This document shows, piece by piece, positions 51,165-59,434 of a stretch of 64,000 bases of DNA (position 1 is the stretch's first letter; each line of letters begins with the position of its first letter). The notes under the pieces were generated by a model, which worked only from the letters and a program-made list of their open reading frames with translations, was not told the origin of the DNA and did no database searches. Source of the DNA: Planctomycetota bacterium (GTDB lineage: Bacteria > Planctomycetota > JAJSAM01 > JAJVHW01); the NCBI GenBank assembly GCA_024277065.1, contig JAJRVY010000060.1:9486-73485 (forward strand), given 5' to 3'. Both the position numbers and the translations under genes were made by a program.

Positions 51165-52529
51165 ATGAGACTCTCGCGCGGACTCCTCGGTCTGACTGCC
51201 GCTGCTGCGCTGTGCGCCGGCGGGATCGTCGGGCGATCGTCGTCGGCCGCATCGGCCGCGCCGTCGCCGAAGAGACTTGTCGAGACCTATCTCAAGGCGA
51301 AGAAGGACAAGGATCGCGCGAAGGCGTGGGAGGCGATCGCCGCCGCGCCGGCGCTTGCAGCGGACGATGTGCCCGCGCTGGCCGCGCGGGCCGTCGCGCT
51401 CGTCCGCAAGCGGGGGCGCAGGATCGGCAGCGGGCGCGAGGAGTGGTTCGACGAGGACGAGGACGGCTGGCGCGGTCTCTATCTCACGTCCGGGAAGGGC
51501 AAGAAGGGCCTGGTGCTCGGACTGCACGGCGGGGGGGCCGGATCGGGAGACGCCGGTCAGGCGTCGTCCGCGTTCTCGGGCGCGATCTCGGGCCTTGGCC
51601 TGCGTGGGCTCTATCCGCAGGTCCTGCGCAAGACGGAGTACGGCTGGACCGACCCGCCGGACACGGAGCGCTGGATCATCGAGGAACTGATTCCGGCGGC
51701 GATTCGCACCTGGAACGTCGATCCCGATCGCGTCTACGTGACGGGGCACTCGATGGGCGGGTACGGCACGTGGACGTACGGCGCGATCCACGCGGATCGC
51801 TTCGCCGCCGGGGCGGCGTTCGCCGGTGCGCCGACCGTCTACTGGGTGCCCGGCCGCAAGGACCAGGAGGCCGAGGCGGTCATCGACGGCATCCTGCCGA
51901 ATCTCTACAACCTGCCCCTGTTCGTCTACCAGAGCCTCGACGACCCCAACGTCCCGGCGGCGGCCAACGTCAAGGCCTGCGCACGGCTCGCGGAACTGCA
52001 CGAGAGCGACGCGGACGGCTGGCGGTTCGTCTACGAGGAGGTGGACGGGCGGCGGCACGCCTTCCCTGAGAAGGGCCCGCGACCGGGGCTGGAGTGGATG
52101 GCCGCGCACGTGCGCGATCCGCGCCCGACGACCATCCGCTGGCAGCCGTCACGCGACTGGAAGAAACGCTTCTACTGGCTGCGCTGGGAGACGCCGTGGA
52201 TCGGATGCGTCCTCGTCGCCACGGTGGACCGGGAAGCCAACACGATCGACGCCGCGATCACCAAACCTCGTACGGCGACACCGCAGCGCACCGAGTCCCT
52301 GCGTGAGTCGTTCGTCTCGACGCTCGAGTTCTCACTCGACGAGCAACTCGTCGATCTCGCGCGCGAGGTGGTGATCCGGGTGGACGGAGCGGAGCGCTAC
52401 CGCGGTGTGCCGACGCTCTCGCTGGCGACGCTGGTGCGCACGGCCGAGGAGCGCGAGGACCCCCGGTACGTGTTCGCGGCGCAGGTCGGGGTAGGGCCGG
52501 CGCCCGCCACCGCCGACAGCGGCGAATAA
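51165..52529 (+). CDS. secreted alpha/beta-hydrolase (esterase/depolymerase-like)
   Basis: The start MRLSRGLLGLTAAAALCAGG is a signal peptide. The translation has the nucleophile elbow GHSMGG. The upstream part of the 50472 ORF is a spurious extension. Confidence 0.7.
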   Translation: MRLSRGLLGLTAAAALCAGGIVGRSSSAASAAPSPKRLVETYLKAKKDKDRAKAWEAIAAAPALAADDVPALAARAVALVRKRGRRIGSGREEWFDEDEDGWRGLYLTSGKGKKGLVLGLHGGGAGSGDAGQASSAFSGAISGLGLRGLYPQVLRKTEYGWTDPPDTERWIIEELIPAAIRTWNVDPDRVYVTGHSMGGYGTWTYGAIHADRFAAGAAFAGAPTVYWVPGRKDQEAEAVIDGILPNLYNLPLFVYQSLDDPNVPAAANVKACARLAELHESDADGWRFVYEEVDGRRHAFPEKGPRPGLEWMAAHVRDPRPTTIRWQPSRDWKKRFYWLRWETPWIGCVLVATVDREANTIDAAITKPRTATPQRTESLRESFVSTLEFSLDEQLVDLAREVVIRVDGAERYRGVPTLSLATLVRTAEEREDPRYVFAAQVGVGPAPATADSGE

Positions 52530-52558
52530 CCACGGCGCGCCGGGCGCGGGCCCTCAGG

Positions 52559-52720
52559 GCCCGCGCAGGAATAAGTTCGTAGGACCGAGCGCGAGCGGGG
52601 GCGGCGCGGGGCAAGGCGGCTCGACGACGCGACTCATTGCGGAGCCGAGTCGGTGAGGAGAGGCAACGCCGCCCCGCGTCGTCGCAGCCGATCGAATCCC
52701 GAAGTTATTCCTGCGCGGGC
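52559..52720. repeat. 21-bp inverted repeat (20/21 match) flanking a 120-bp spacer, with an embedded perfect palindrome gcgggccctcagggcccgc (52546..52564)
   Basis: Arm 1 is 52559-52579 gcccgcgcaggaataagttcg. Arm 2 is 52700-52720 cgaagttattcctgcgcgggc. Confidence 0.5.
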
Positions 52721-52862
52721 CCTAAGATCGGGCGTTCGCGGCGGGCATGGGCTAGGAAAGTGGCTCCCGCGCCGGGCACCGTGATGGTCTCCGGCTGCGG
52801 GCCGTGGCCTCTCGTCGGCCGCGATCAACCTCAGACTTAGTCCCCCCCGGAGGTCCACGCCG

Positions 52863-53612
52863 TTGCGGATCGCCATCATCTCCGACGTCCACGCGAACAT
52901 CGAGGCGCTCGACGCCGTGCTGGCGCACATCACCGACCAGCACGTCTCCGACATCGTCTGCCTCGGCGACGTGATCGGCTACGGCCCCAACCCGCGCGAG
53001 TGCATCGAGATCGTCCGCAACGCGCGCTTCTCGCTCATGGGCAACCATGAAGAGGCCGTGATGTTCTATGGCGAGAACTTCAACGAGAAGGCCCGCCAGG
53101 CGCTCGAGTGGACCCAGGAGCAGCTCAACTCCCCGGACCACGATCGCAGCGACAACTACGAGATGTGGAACTTCCTCGGCGGTCTCGAGGAGACGGTCAC
53201 CGAGAACGACGTGCTCTACGTCCACGGCTCACCGCGCGTGCCGACCAAGGAGTACATGGTTCCGCAGGACATCCGCAACCGCGACAAGATGACCGAGATC
53301 TTCTCGATGATCCCGTCGCTCTGCTTCGTCGGCCACAGCCACATCCCCGGCGTCTACACGGACGACTTCCGCTTCATCTCGCCGCCGCGCATCGACGGAT
53401 CGTATGCCCACCAGGGCGGCAAGGCGCTCGTGAACGTCGGCTCGGTGGGGCAGCCTCGCGACGGTGACCCGCGCTCGTCCTACGCCACGTTCGACGGCAA
53501 GGCGGTGCGCTTCCATCGCGTCGAGTACGACGTGCGCACGACCATGGACAAGATCTACGCCACGCCGGGCCTGCCGAACTACCTTGCGGACCGGCTGATC
53601 GTCGGCCGCTGA
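52863..53612 (+). CDS. metallophosphoesterase (calcineurin-like, YfcE/MJ0936-type)
   Basis: The translation has MRIAIISDVHAN, GDVIGYG, GNHE and GHSH, which are the canonical phosphoesterase motifs. It has a TTG start. Confidence 0.8.
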   Translation: MRIAIISDVHANIEALDAVLAHITDQHVSDIVCLGDVIGYGPNPRECIEIVRNARFSLMGNHEEAVMFYGENFNEKARQALEWTQEQLNSPDHDRSDNYEMWNFLGGLEETVTENDVLYVHGSPRVPTKEYMVPQDIRNRDKMTEIFSMIPSLCFVGHSHIPGVYTDDFRFISPPRIDGSYAHQGGKALVNVGSVGQPRDGDPRSSYATFDGKAVRFHRVEYDVRTTMDKIYATPGLPNYLADRLIVGR

Positions 53613-53732
53613 ACCCAGTCACCCGCAGGACGGTTTCGGAGCGGGCGCGCGGAGCGTTCCGTTCCAGGGACGCCCTGACCGCCCGAACGCGGCGCCGCGT
53701 GCGCCGCCGCACCCCCCGGAGACCCACCGTCC

Positions 53733-55529
53733 ATGGAGAAGCGCGTCGTCCTGGCGATGCTCCTGAGTGCCGCCCTGTTCATGGGCTACACGTGGTTCAC
53801 GAGCGAGTTCGCGCCGCCTCCGCAGCAGCCGCAGACCGCCGGGACGCCGTGCGTGGCGACCGGCACCACGGGCGTCTCCCCGACCACCCTGCCCGGACAA
53901 GGCGCCCCGCCGGCTCCGGGCGCGGAGCCCCCGGAAGTCCCGGAGCCCGAGACCCTGCCCGTCGCCGATGCTCCGGCGAGCGAGGAGCGACTCGACACCG
54001 AGCACCTCTTCCTGACCGTGACATCCGCGGGCGCGGCGCTCTCGCGCGCCGACGCGTGGGGCTGCGTGTACCACGCCCCCGGCGACCCCGACGCCGAGGG
54101 CGATCCCGGCCACGCGTCGGACTACTTCCCCGGAGCGCCCGGGTTCGGGGCGGTGGACCTGCTCGGTCTCGAGCAGTCGCTCTCGCTGCGCAACTGGCAC
54201 GTCGAGCGCCGGGACGGGAGCGTCGTCTGTTCCATCGACGTGCCCGCCGCCGGCGTGCGGCTCGTGAAGACGTTCACGCCGTCGGTGGACCCCGCGGCGC
54301 CCTACCACGTGATCCTCGACGTCGAGGCGATCGGGCTGGCGGGCGCCGAGGGCGGCCATGCGGCGACGCTCGAGGTCGTCGGCCCCTGGTATCGCGAGCC
54401 CTCGCTGTTCCAGCCCGGCGACGGTGTGCTCGTCGCCATGGTGGACGAGGACGTCGAGGACGAGCTGCCGGCCACGGTGCAGGGCTGGCTCGACGAGACG
54501 CCGGGCTACGAGCAGTCGGCTCCGGCCGGCGTGCGCTGGATCGGCACGCGCTCGGACTTCCACATCGGCGCGCTCGAGGGCGTGGACCCGCTGCCGCGCG
54601 GCACGTCGATCGGCTTCCACACCGCCTCGCGGCCCGGCGCAGACCCCGGGACGCCGACGCTCAGCGCCGCCGCAGCACTGCGCGTGCCGTTCGCGCTCCC
54701 TGCTGCGGGCGAGACGACCACGCAGCGTTTTCGCCTGTTCATCGGCCCGAACAGCCGCCCGCTCCTCGCCGCGGAGGGCTCGCCCTACGCGACGCTTCAC
54801 GACGCCCCTGCGGACCGCCGTTTCCTCGGTATCGGCTTCGGTCCCATCGAGCGCGTGCTCGGTTGGCTGCTGAGCTTGATCGCATCCACCGGCATGGGCT
54901 ACGGCCTGGCCGTCGTCTGCCTGACGATTCTCGTGCGCGGCGCGCTGTTCCCGCTGTCGCGCAAATCGCAGATCTCGATGCGCGTGCACTCCAAGAAGAT
55001 GGCGGCCATCAAGCCGAAGATGGACGCCATCAAGAAGAAGTACAAGGACTCCAAGAAGCAGCAGGAAATGACCATGAAGCTCATGCGCGAGGAGAAGGTC
55101 TCTCCCGTGCCGGGCGGCTGCCTGCTCGCGTTCGTCCAGATGCCGGTCTGGATCAGCCTCTACGGCATCCTGCAGTCCACGTTCGAGATGCGCCACGCGA
55201 CGTTCCTGTGGGCCAAGGACCTCACCGCGCCGGACAAGCTCGTGTACATGCCCTTCATGGAGGGCGTGCCGCTGCTGCCCAACTGGCTGAACCTGTTCCC
55301 GATCCTCATGATGATCACGTGGGGCATCTCGTCGCACATGCAGCCGCTGCCCGACGATCCGCAGCAGCGCCAGACGGCGAAGATGATGCGCTGGATGCCG
55401 ATGATGTTCGGGCTGATCCTCTACAAGTACCCCTCCGGACTGACCATCTACATGACGTGCTCCGCGCTCTGGTCCATCGGCGAGGTGCAGTTGATCCGGC
55501 GCCTCTGGCTGAAGAAGCTCGAAGCCTGA
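53733..55529 (+). CDS. yidC: membrane protein insertase YidC
   Basis: There is an N-terminal TM, a large periplasmic domain and a C-terminal 5-TM 60-kDa inner-membrane insertase core (GYGLAVVCLTILVRGALFPLS...), with a basic C-tail. Confidence 0.9.
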   Translation: MEKRVVLAMLLSAALFMGYTWFTSEFAPPPQQPQTAGTPCVATGTTGVSPTTLPGQGAPPAPGAEPPEVPEPETLPVADAPASEERLDTEHLFLTVTSAGAALSRADAWGCVYHAPGDPDAEGDPGHASDYFPGAPGFGAVDLLGLEQSLSLRNWHVERRDGSVVCSIDVPAAGVRLVKTFTPSVDPAAPYHVILDVEAIGLAGAEGGHAATLEVVGPWYREPSLFQPGDGVLVAMVDEDVEDELPATVQGWLDETPGYEQSAPAGVRWIGTRSDFHIGALEGVDPLPRGTSIGFHTASRPGADPGTPTLSAAAALRVPFALPAAGETTTQRFRLFIGPNSRPLLAAEGSPYATLHDAPADRRFLGIGFGPIERVLGWLLSLIASTGMGYGLAVVCLTILVRGALFPLSRKSQISMRVHSKKMAAIKPKMDAIKKKYKDSKKQQEMTMKLMREEKVSPVPGGCLLAFVQMPVWISLYGILQSTFEMRHATFLWAKDLTAPDKLVYMPFMEGVPLLPNWLNLFPILMMITWGISSHMQPLPDDPQQRQTAKMMRWMPMMFGLILYKYPSGLTIYMTCSALWSIGEVQLIRRLWLKKLEA

Positions 55530-55743
55530 CGGGCATTCCGCGCAGGTGGCGCGGCGTTCACGCGGCATTCGCGCGGCGGCGTGCGCGTCCGCCGCGCCGC
55601 CCGCGCAGCGCGTGCGTGATCCGCTGTCCCCGGTCGGGCGTACGATCCCTGCCTGCGGTGCGGGTCCGGCGCCCCGCCCGTGCGGCGTGCTGCCGCGTGG
55701 TGCCGGCGATCCCGCCGGCCGTGGACCGTTCGAGGGCTTGTGG

Positions 55744-55841
55744 CGCAACGGGTTGCGTCCTAGACTGCGTAACAACGCAACATCCTGGGGTTCCGGGAAC
55801 CGGGGGTCGTCTGTCGTGACCACTCGGGTTCCGGGAACGGG
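55744..55841 (+). promoter_or_regulatory. structured leader upstream of nrdR: overlapping alternative hairpins (cgcaac/gttgcg/cgcaac) and two copies of the palindrome GGTTCCGGGAAC about 38 bp apart
   Basis: They were read directly in the 330-bp non-coding region before nrdR. The biological role is an inference. Confidence 0.35.
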
Positions 55842-55862
55842 AGTCGCGGGGAGCACGATTGC

Positions 55863-56405
55863 ATGCGCTGTCCGTTCTGCAAGGAGAACGAGGACAAGGT
55901 CATCGACTCGCGCGAGAGCGGCGACGGTTTCGTCATCCGCCGCCGGCGCGAGTGCGAGGGCTGTGACCGTCGTTTCACCACACGCGAGCGCATCGAGGAG
56001 ACGCCGCTGCGGGTTGTCAAGCGCGACGGCAGCCGCGAGGACTTCGAGCGCCGCAAGATTCTGATGGGTCTCCTGACGGCGTGCCAGAAGCGGCCGGTCT
56101 CGACCGAGGATCTCGAGACGATCGTGCAACGCGTCGAGGAGCGCATCAACGACACGACGGAACGCGAGGTCGAGACGGCCGCGATCGGCGATCTCGTCAT
56201 GCGCGAGCTGAAGCGACTCGACAAAGTCGCCTACGTGCGCTTCGCGTCGGTCTACAAGAACTTCGAGTCGCCGCAGGACTTCGAGCAGATCGCGCAGCAG
56301 GTGGCCAAGCCCGCGCGTCGGCGCAAGGCCAAGCCCGGCGCCGGCAAGCCCCGCGCGGGCGGGTCTGCGGGCGCCGGCAAGTCCGGAGGGCGAACCTCGC
56401 CGTGA
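55863..56405 (+). CDS. nrdR: transcriptional repressor NrdR
   Basis: MRCPFCKENEDKVIDSRESGDGFVIRRRRECEGCDRRFTTRERIEE is the NrdR Zn ribbon. It is followed by an ATP-cone. Confidence 0.9.
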   Translation: MRCPFCKENEDKVIDSRESGDGFVIRRRRECEGCDRRFTTRERIEETPLRVVKRDGSREDFERRKILMGLLTACQKRPVSTEDLETIVQRVEERINDTTEREVETAAIGDLVMRELKRLDKVAYVRFASVYKNFESPQDFEQIAQQVAKPARRRKAKPGAGKPRAGGSAGAGKSGGRTSP

Positions 56406-58582
56406 GGCGCATCGCACTGATCCGGCTGCGCGACGGCGAGACCGTCCCCTTCGAGCAGCAGCGCATCCGCGACGCGATCGAGCGCGCTCTGCTCGCCGCG
56501 GGAACGGAGAACCGTACGCTCGCGGTCGAGATCGCGTCGGTCGTCGAACTGTTCCTCGAGAAGACGTTCTCCGACGAGGTGCCGAGCACGGCGCAGGTGG
56601 AGGACATGGTGGAGAAGGTGCTCATGGACACCGGCCACGCCGCGGCGGCCAAGGCGTTCATCCTGCACCGTGACCGCCGCGGCCGGTTGCGTGATGCGCG
56701 GGAGGCGCGCGAGACGCGCTTCCAGCCCACGCTCTTCGACCACCGCGTGGTCGTCGTGGACGATGGCGCGGAGGGCCGCAGCGCGGCGTTCTCCCGCGAG
56801 CGTCTGGCGCGCACGATGGCCGCCGACGGCACCGTCACGCGGGCGGTCGCCGACGACGTCGCGGCAGGCGTCGAGTCGCGCCTGCGCAAGGCGGGCGTCG
56901 CGCGCGCCCCCGCGTCGCTGGTGCGCTCGCTCGCCGAGGTCGAACTCCTGGCGCGCGACGTGCCGCTCGACCTGCGGCGCCGCGGCGGCGCCGTGCTGCC
57001 CGCGGAGCGGCTCGCCGCCGCTCTCTATCGCAAGGGCACCGGCGGCCCGGCCGCTCCCGGCGGCGCGCCGTTTCCGGCCGTCGCGGCCACGGAACTCGGG
57101 GGCGCTGCGCTGCGCTCCCACGCGCTCGGCGAACTGCTGCCCGCCGAGGTGGCGCGCGCCCACCTCGACGGCGACCTGCACGTGCACGGGCTCGAACTGC
57201 CCGCGGCGCTCTACTCGGCCGCTCTTCGTCCGGGCGACGTCGCGGCCGGCACGGCGCCCGGGTGTGCCGCGCGGGCACCCGGCGACGCCGCGCGCAGTGC
57301 ACGCCGCCTGACGGCGTCGCTGGGCCGCGCCGCGCGGTTCGTGGGCGCCGCCGTCACCCACGACGTCGCCGTCATCGACGTGCCGCGTTCCTACGCGCCG
57401 TTGCTGGTCGAGGCCGACCGCGAGGCGATCCAGGAGGAGGCCTGGCACCTGCTGCTCGAGACGTCCGCCGATGTCGGCGGACGCCGGCTCGCGCTCGATC
57501 TCACGCCCGTGCTGCCGCATGCTCCGAGCAGTGCGGCCGAGCCGCACGATGCCCGTGTCGCGCACGATGTCCGGGGCGACGCTCCCGATCGCGCCGCGGG
57601 TGCGGCCGCGGCCTTCTCGGCGGCCGTGCTGCGGGCGCACGCGCGTCGCGAGGGGCTGCCGCCGCCCGACCTGCTGCCCGTGCCGACCGTCACGGTGTCG
57701 GATCGCGTGCTCGAGTCGCCGGCGGCTCGCGATGTCCTCCGTCTTGCCGCCGAGGCGGTGCTCCGCGGTTCGAGCGTCGTGTTCCCGCTCGAACGCGAGA
57801 CGGGCCGCGGCCGCGGCGACGCGCGCCACGGGCCGCCGGCCGCCGGCGCGTCCGGGGCGCGCCCACGCGGCGCGTGCGCCGGACGCATCACACTCAATCT
57901 GGCGCGGCTCGCGCGGCGCGCCGGCCGTGATCGCGTCGAGGGCTTCCTGCGCGCCTGCGACCGCCTCGTCGATGTCGCTGCGCTCGGTCACAGCGCACGC
58001 CGCGAGATCCTCGCCCAGGTCGCGGCGGCCTCCGGCGGATGCCTCGCCCCCCTGCTGCGCGGACCGCGCGGGCGCGCGCCGCTGTACGACCTCGCCGAGG
58101 CCACGTGGTCGTTCGGCATCACGGGGCTGAACGAGGCCGTGCAACTCCTCTCGGGCTTCGAGCTCCACGACGGCGACGAGACCGTCTCGCGGCTCGCGCG
58201 GCGCATCGTCTCGTACGTCGCCCTGCGCGTGAAGGCGGCCGGCGCGGCGGGCGACTTCGTCGCCACGCTCGACGCCGACGAGGACCCCGCCGTCGCGCGG
58301 CGGCTGTTCGCCATGGACCGCAGCGAGGCGCCGGCCGCCATGGCCGAGCGGTTCCCCGGCCGCGACGCCTTCTCGCCCGGCGTGACCGTGCGCGCCGATG
58401 CACCCATCGACCTGCTCGCGCGCGTCGAGCGCGAGGAACCTCTGCACGCCAACCTGTCGCACGCCACGCTGCGCCTGGCGCTGCCCGCCGCCGAGGCCGG
58501 CGGCCCCGACGGCATCGTCGCGTTGCTGCGCAAACTCCTGCGCGCCGGTTCGGCCGTGCGCGTCGAGGTGACGACATGGTGA
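56402..58582 (+). CDS. divergent anaerobic ribonucleotide reductase (NrdD)-like protein with an N-terminal ATP-cone; no recognisable C-terminal glycyl-radical/Zn-ribbon region
   Basis: The ATP-cone is LIRLRDGETVPFEQQRIRDAIERAL...VEDMVEKVL. There is an NrdD-like segment GRITLNLARLARRAG...WSFGITGLNEAVQLLSGF. The sequence is Ala/Arg-rich. No RxCGY-type Gly-radical motif or CxxC pairs were found. Confidence 0.55.
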   Translation: MRRIALIRLRDGETVPFEQQRIRDAIERALLAAGTENRTLAVEIASVVELFLEKTFSDEVPSTAQVEDMVEKVLMDTGHAAAAKAFILHRDRRGRLRDAREARETRFQPTLFDHRVVVVDDGAEGRSAAFSRERLARTMAADGTVTRAVADDVAAGVESRLRKAGVARAPASLVRSLAEVELLARDVPLDLRRRGGAVLPAERLAAALYRKGTGGPAAPGGAPFPAVAATELGGAALRSHALGELLPAEVARAHLDGDLHVHGLELPAALYSAALRPGDVAAGTAPGCAARAPGDAARSARRLTASLGRAARFVGAAVTHDVAVIDVPRSYAPLLVEADREAIQEEAWHLLLETSADVGGRRLALDLTPVLPHAPSSAAEPHDARVAHDVRGDAPDRAAGAAAAFSAAVLRAHARREGLPPPDLLPVPTVTVSDRVLESPAARDVLRLAAEAVLRGSSVVFPLERETGRGRGDARHGPPAAGASGARPRGACAGRITLNLARLARRAGRDRVEGFLRACDRLVDVAALGHSARREILAQVAAASGGCLAPLLRGPRGRAPLYDLAEATWSFGITGLNEAVQLLSGFELHDGDETVSRLARRIVSYVALRVKAAGAAGDFVATLDADEDPAVARRLFAMDRSEAPAAMAERFPGRDAFSPGVTVRADAPIDLLARVEREEPLHANLSHATLRLALPAAEAGGPDGIVALLRKLLRAGSAVRVEVTTW

Positions 58583-59325
58583 GCCGTCCGCCGCCGCTGC
58601 CCCCGATCCGCGGTCTCGAGCCCGTGTCGCTGACGGCATGGGAGGGCCGGGTCGTGGCCGTCGTGCAGCTCCAGGGCTGCAACTTCAAGTGTCCCGACTG
58701 CCCTGCGCCACATCTCGTCCCGCAGGTCTTCGAGAGTGGGACCATTCCCCTCGAGTGCGCGCTCGACGCCATCCATCGACGGCGTCGCTGGCTCGACGCC
58801 GTCGTCGTCGCCGGGGGCGAGCCGACGCTCCACGAGGGGCTGGGCGATCTCGTGCGCCTGGTGCGCGAACTGGGGCTGCGCGTGCGGCTGCACACCAACG
58901 GCTCGCGCCCCGAGGAACTGCGCGATCTCCTCGCGGGCGGCGAGGTCGCGAGCGTTGCGATGACCGTGCGGGGACCGCTCGATCCGACGTACGCCGTCGC
59001 CGTCGGTGCCCGCGTGCGACTGGCCGCCGTCTACGAGTCCGTCGAACTGCTGCTGCGCTCGCCCGGCGAGCACGAGTTCCGTGTGCCGTGGCTGCCGCGC
59101 GTCGTCGAGCAGGAGCAGATGAGTTCGGTGCTGCGCATGCTCGCCGGAGCGCGGCGCGTCGTGCTCGAGCCCGCGCGCGACGGCAATCCGGGGCTGCGCG
59201 CGCTCCAGCAGGTGGCACGAGCGGCCGGGCCGTACGTGGACAGTTGCGTCGTCGCGGGCCGGCCCGGCCAGGACTACGGCGCGCGCGCCGGTTCCCGCAG
59301 CGTCTCGTCGCGAGACGGCGCATGA
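58576..59325 (+). CDS. nrdG: radical SAM glycyl-radical-enzyme activating protein (NrdG-like)
   Basis: VVAVVQLQGCNFKCPDCPAP carries the CxxxCxxC radical-SAM cluster motif near the N-terminus. The ATG at 58576 overlaps the upstream stop. Confidence 0.65.
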   Translation: MVSRPPPLPPIRGLEPVSLTAWEGRVVAVVQLQGCNFKCPDCPAPHLVPQVFESGTIPLECALDAIHRRRRWLDAVVVAGGEPTLHEGLGDLVRLVRELGLRVRLHTNGSRPEELRDLLAGGEVASVAMTVRGPLDPTYAVAVGARVRLAAVYESVELLLRSPGEHEFRVPWLPRVVEQEQMSSVLRMLAGARRVVLEPARDGNPGLRALQQVARAAGPYVDSCVVAGRPGQDYGARAGSRSVSSRDGA

Positions 59326-59434
59326 GCGCGCGCCGGATGCGGTGGACGCAGCGGCGGACGCAGGAGGGGGCGGTCGTGAAGAGCAGCACAGCGGGCAACG
59401 ACGTGCGGAGCAGCCGCGAGCGGGGGACGATCGA

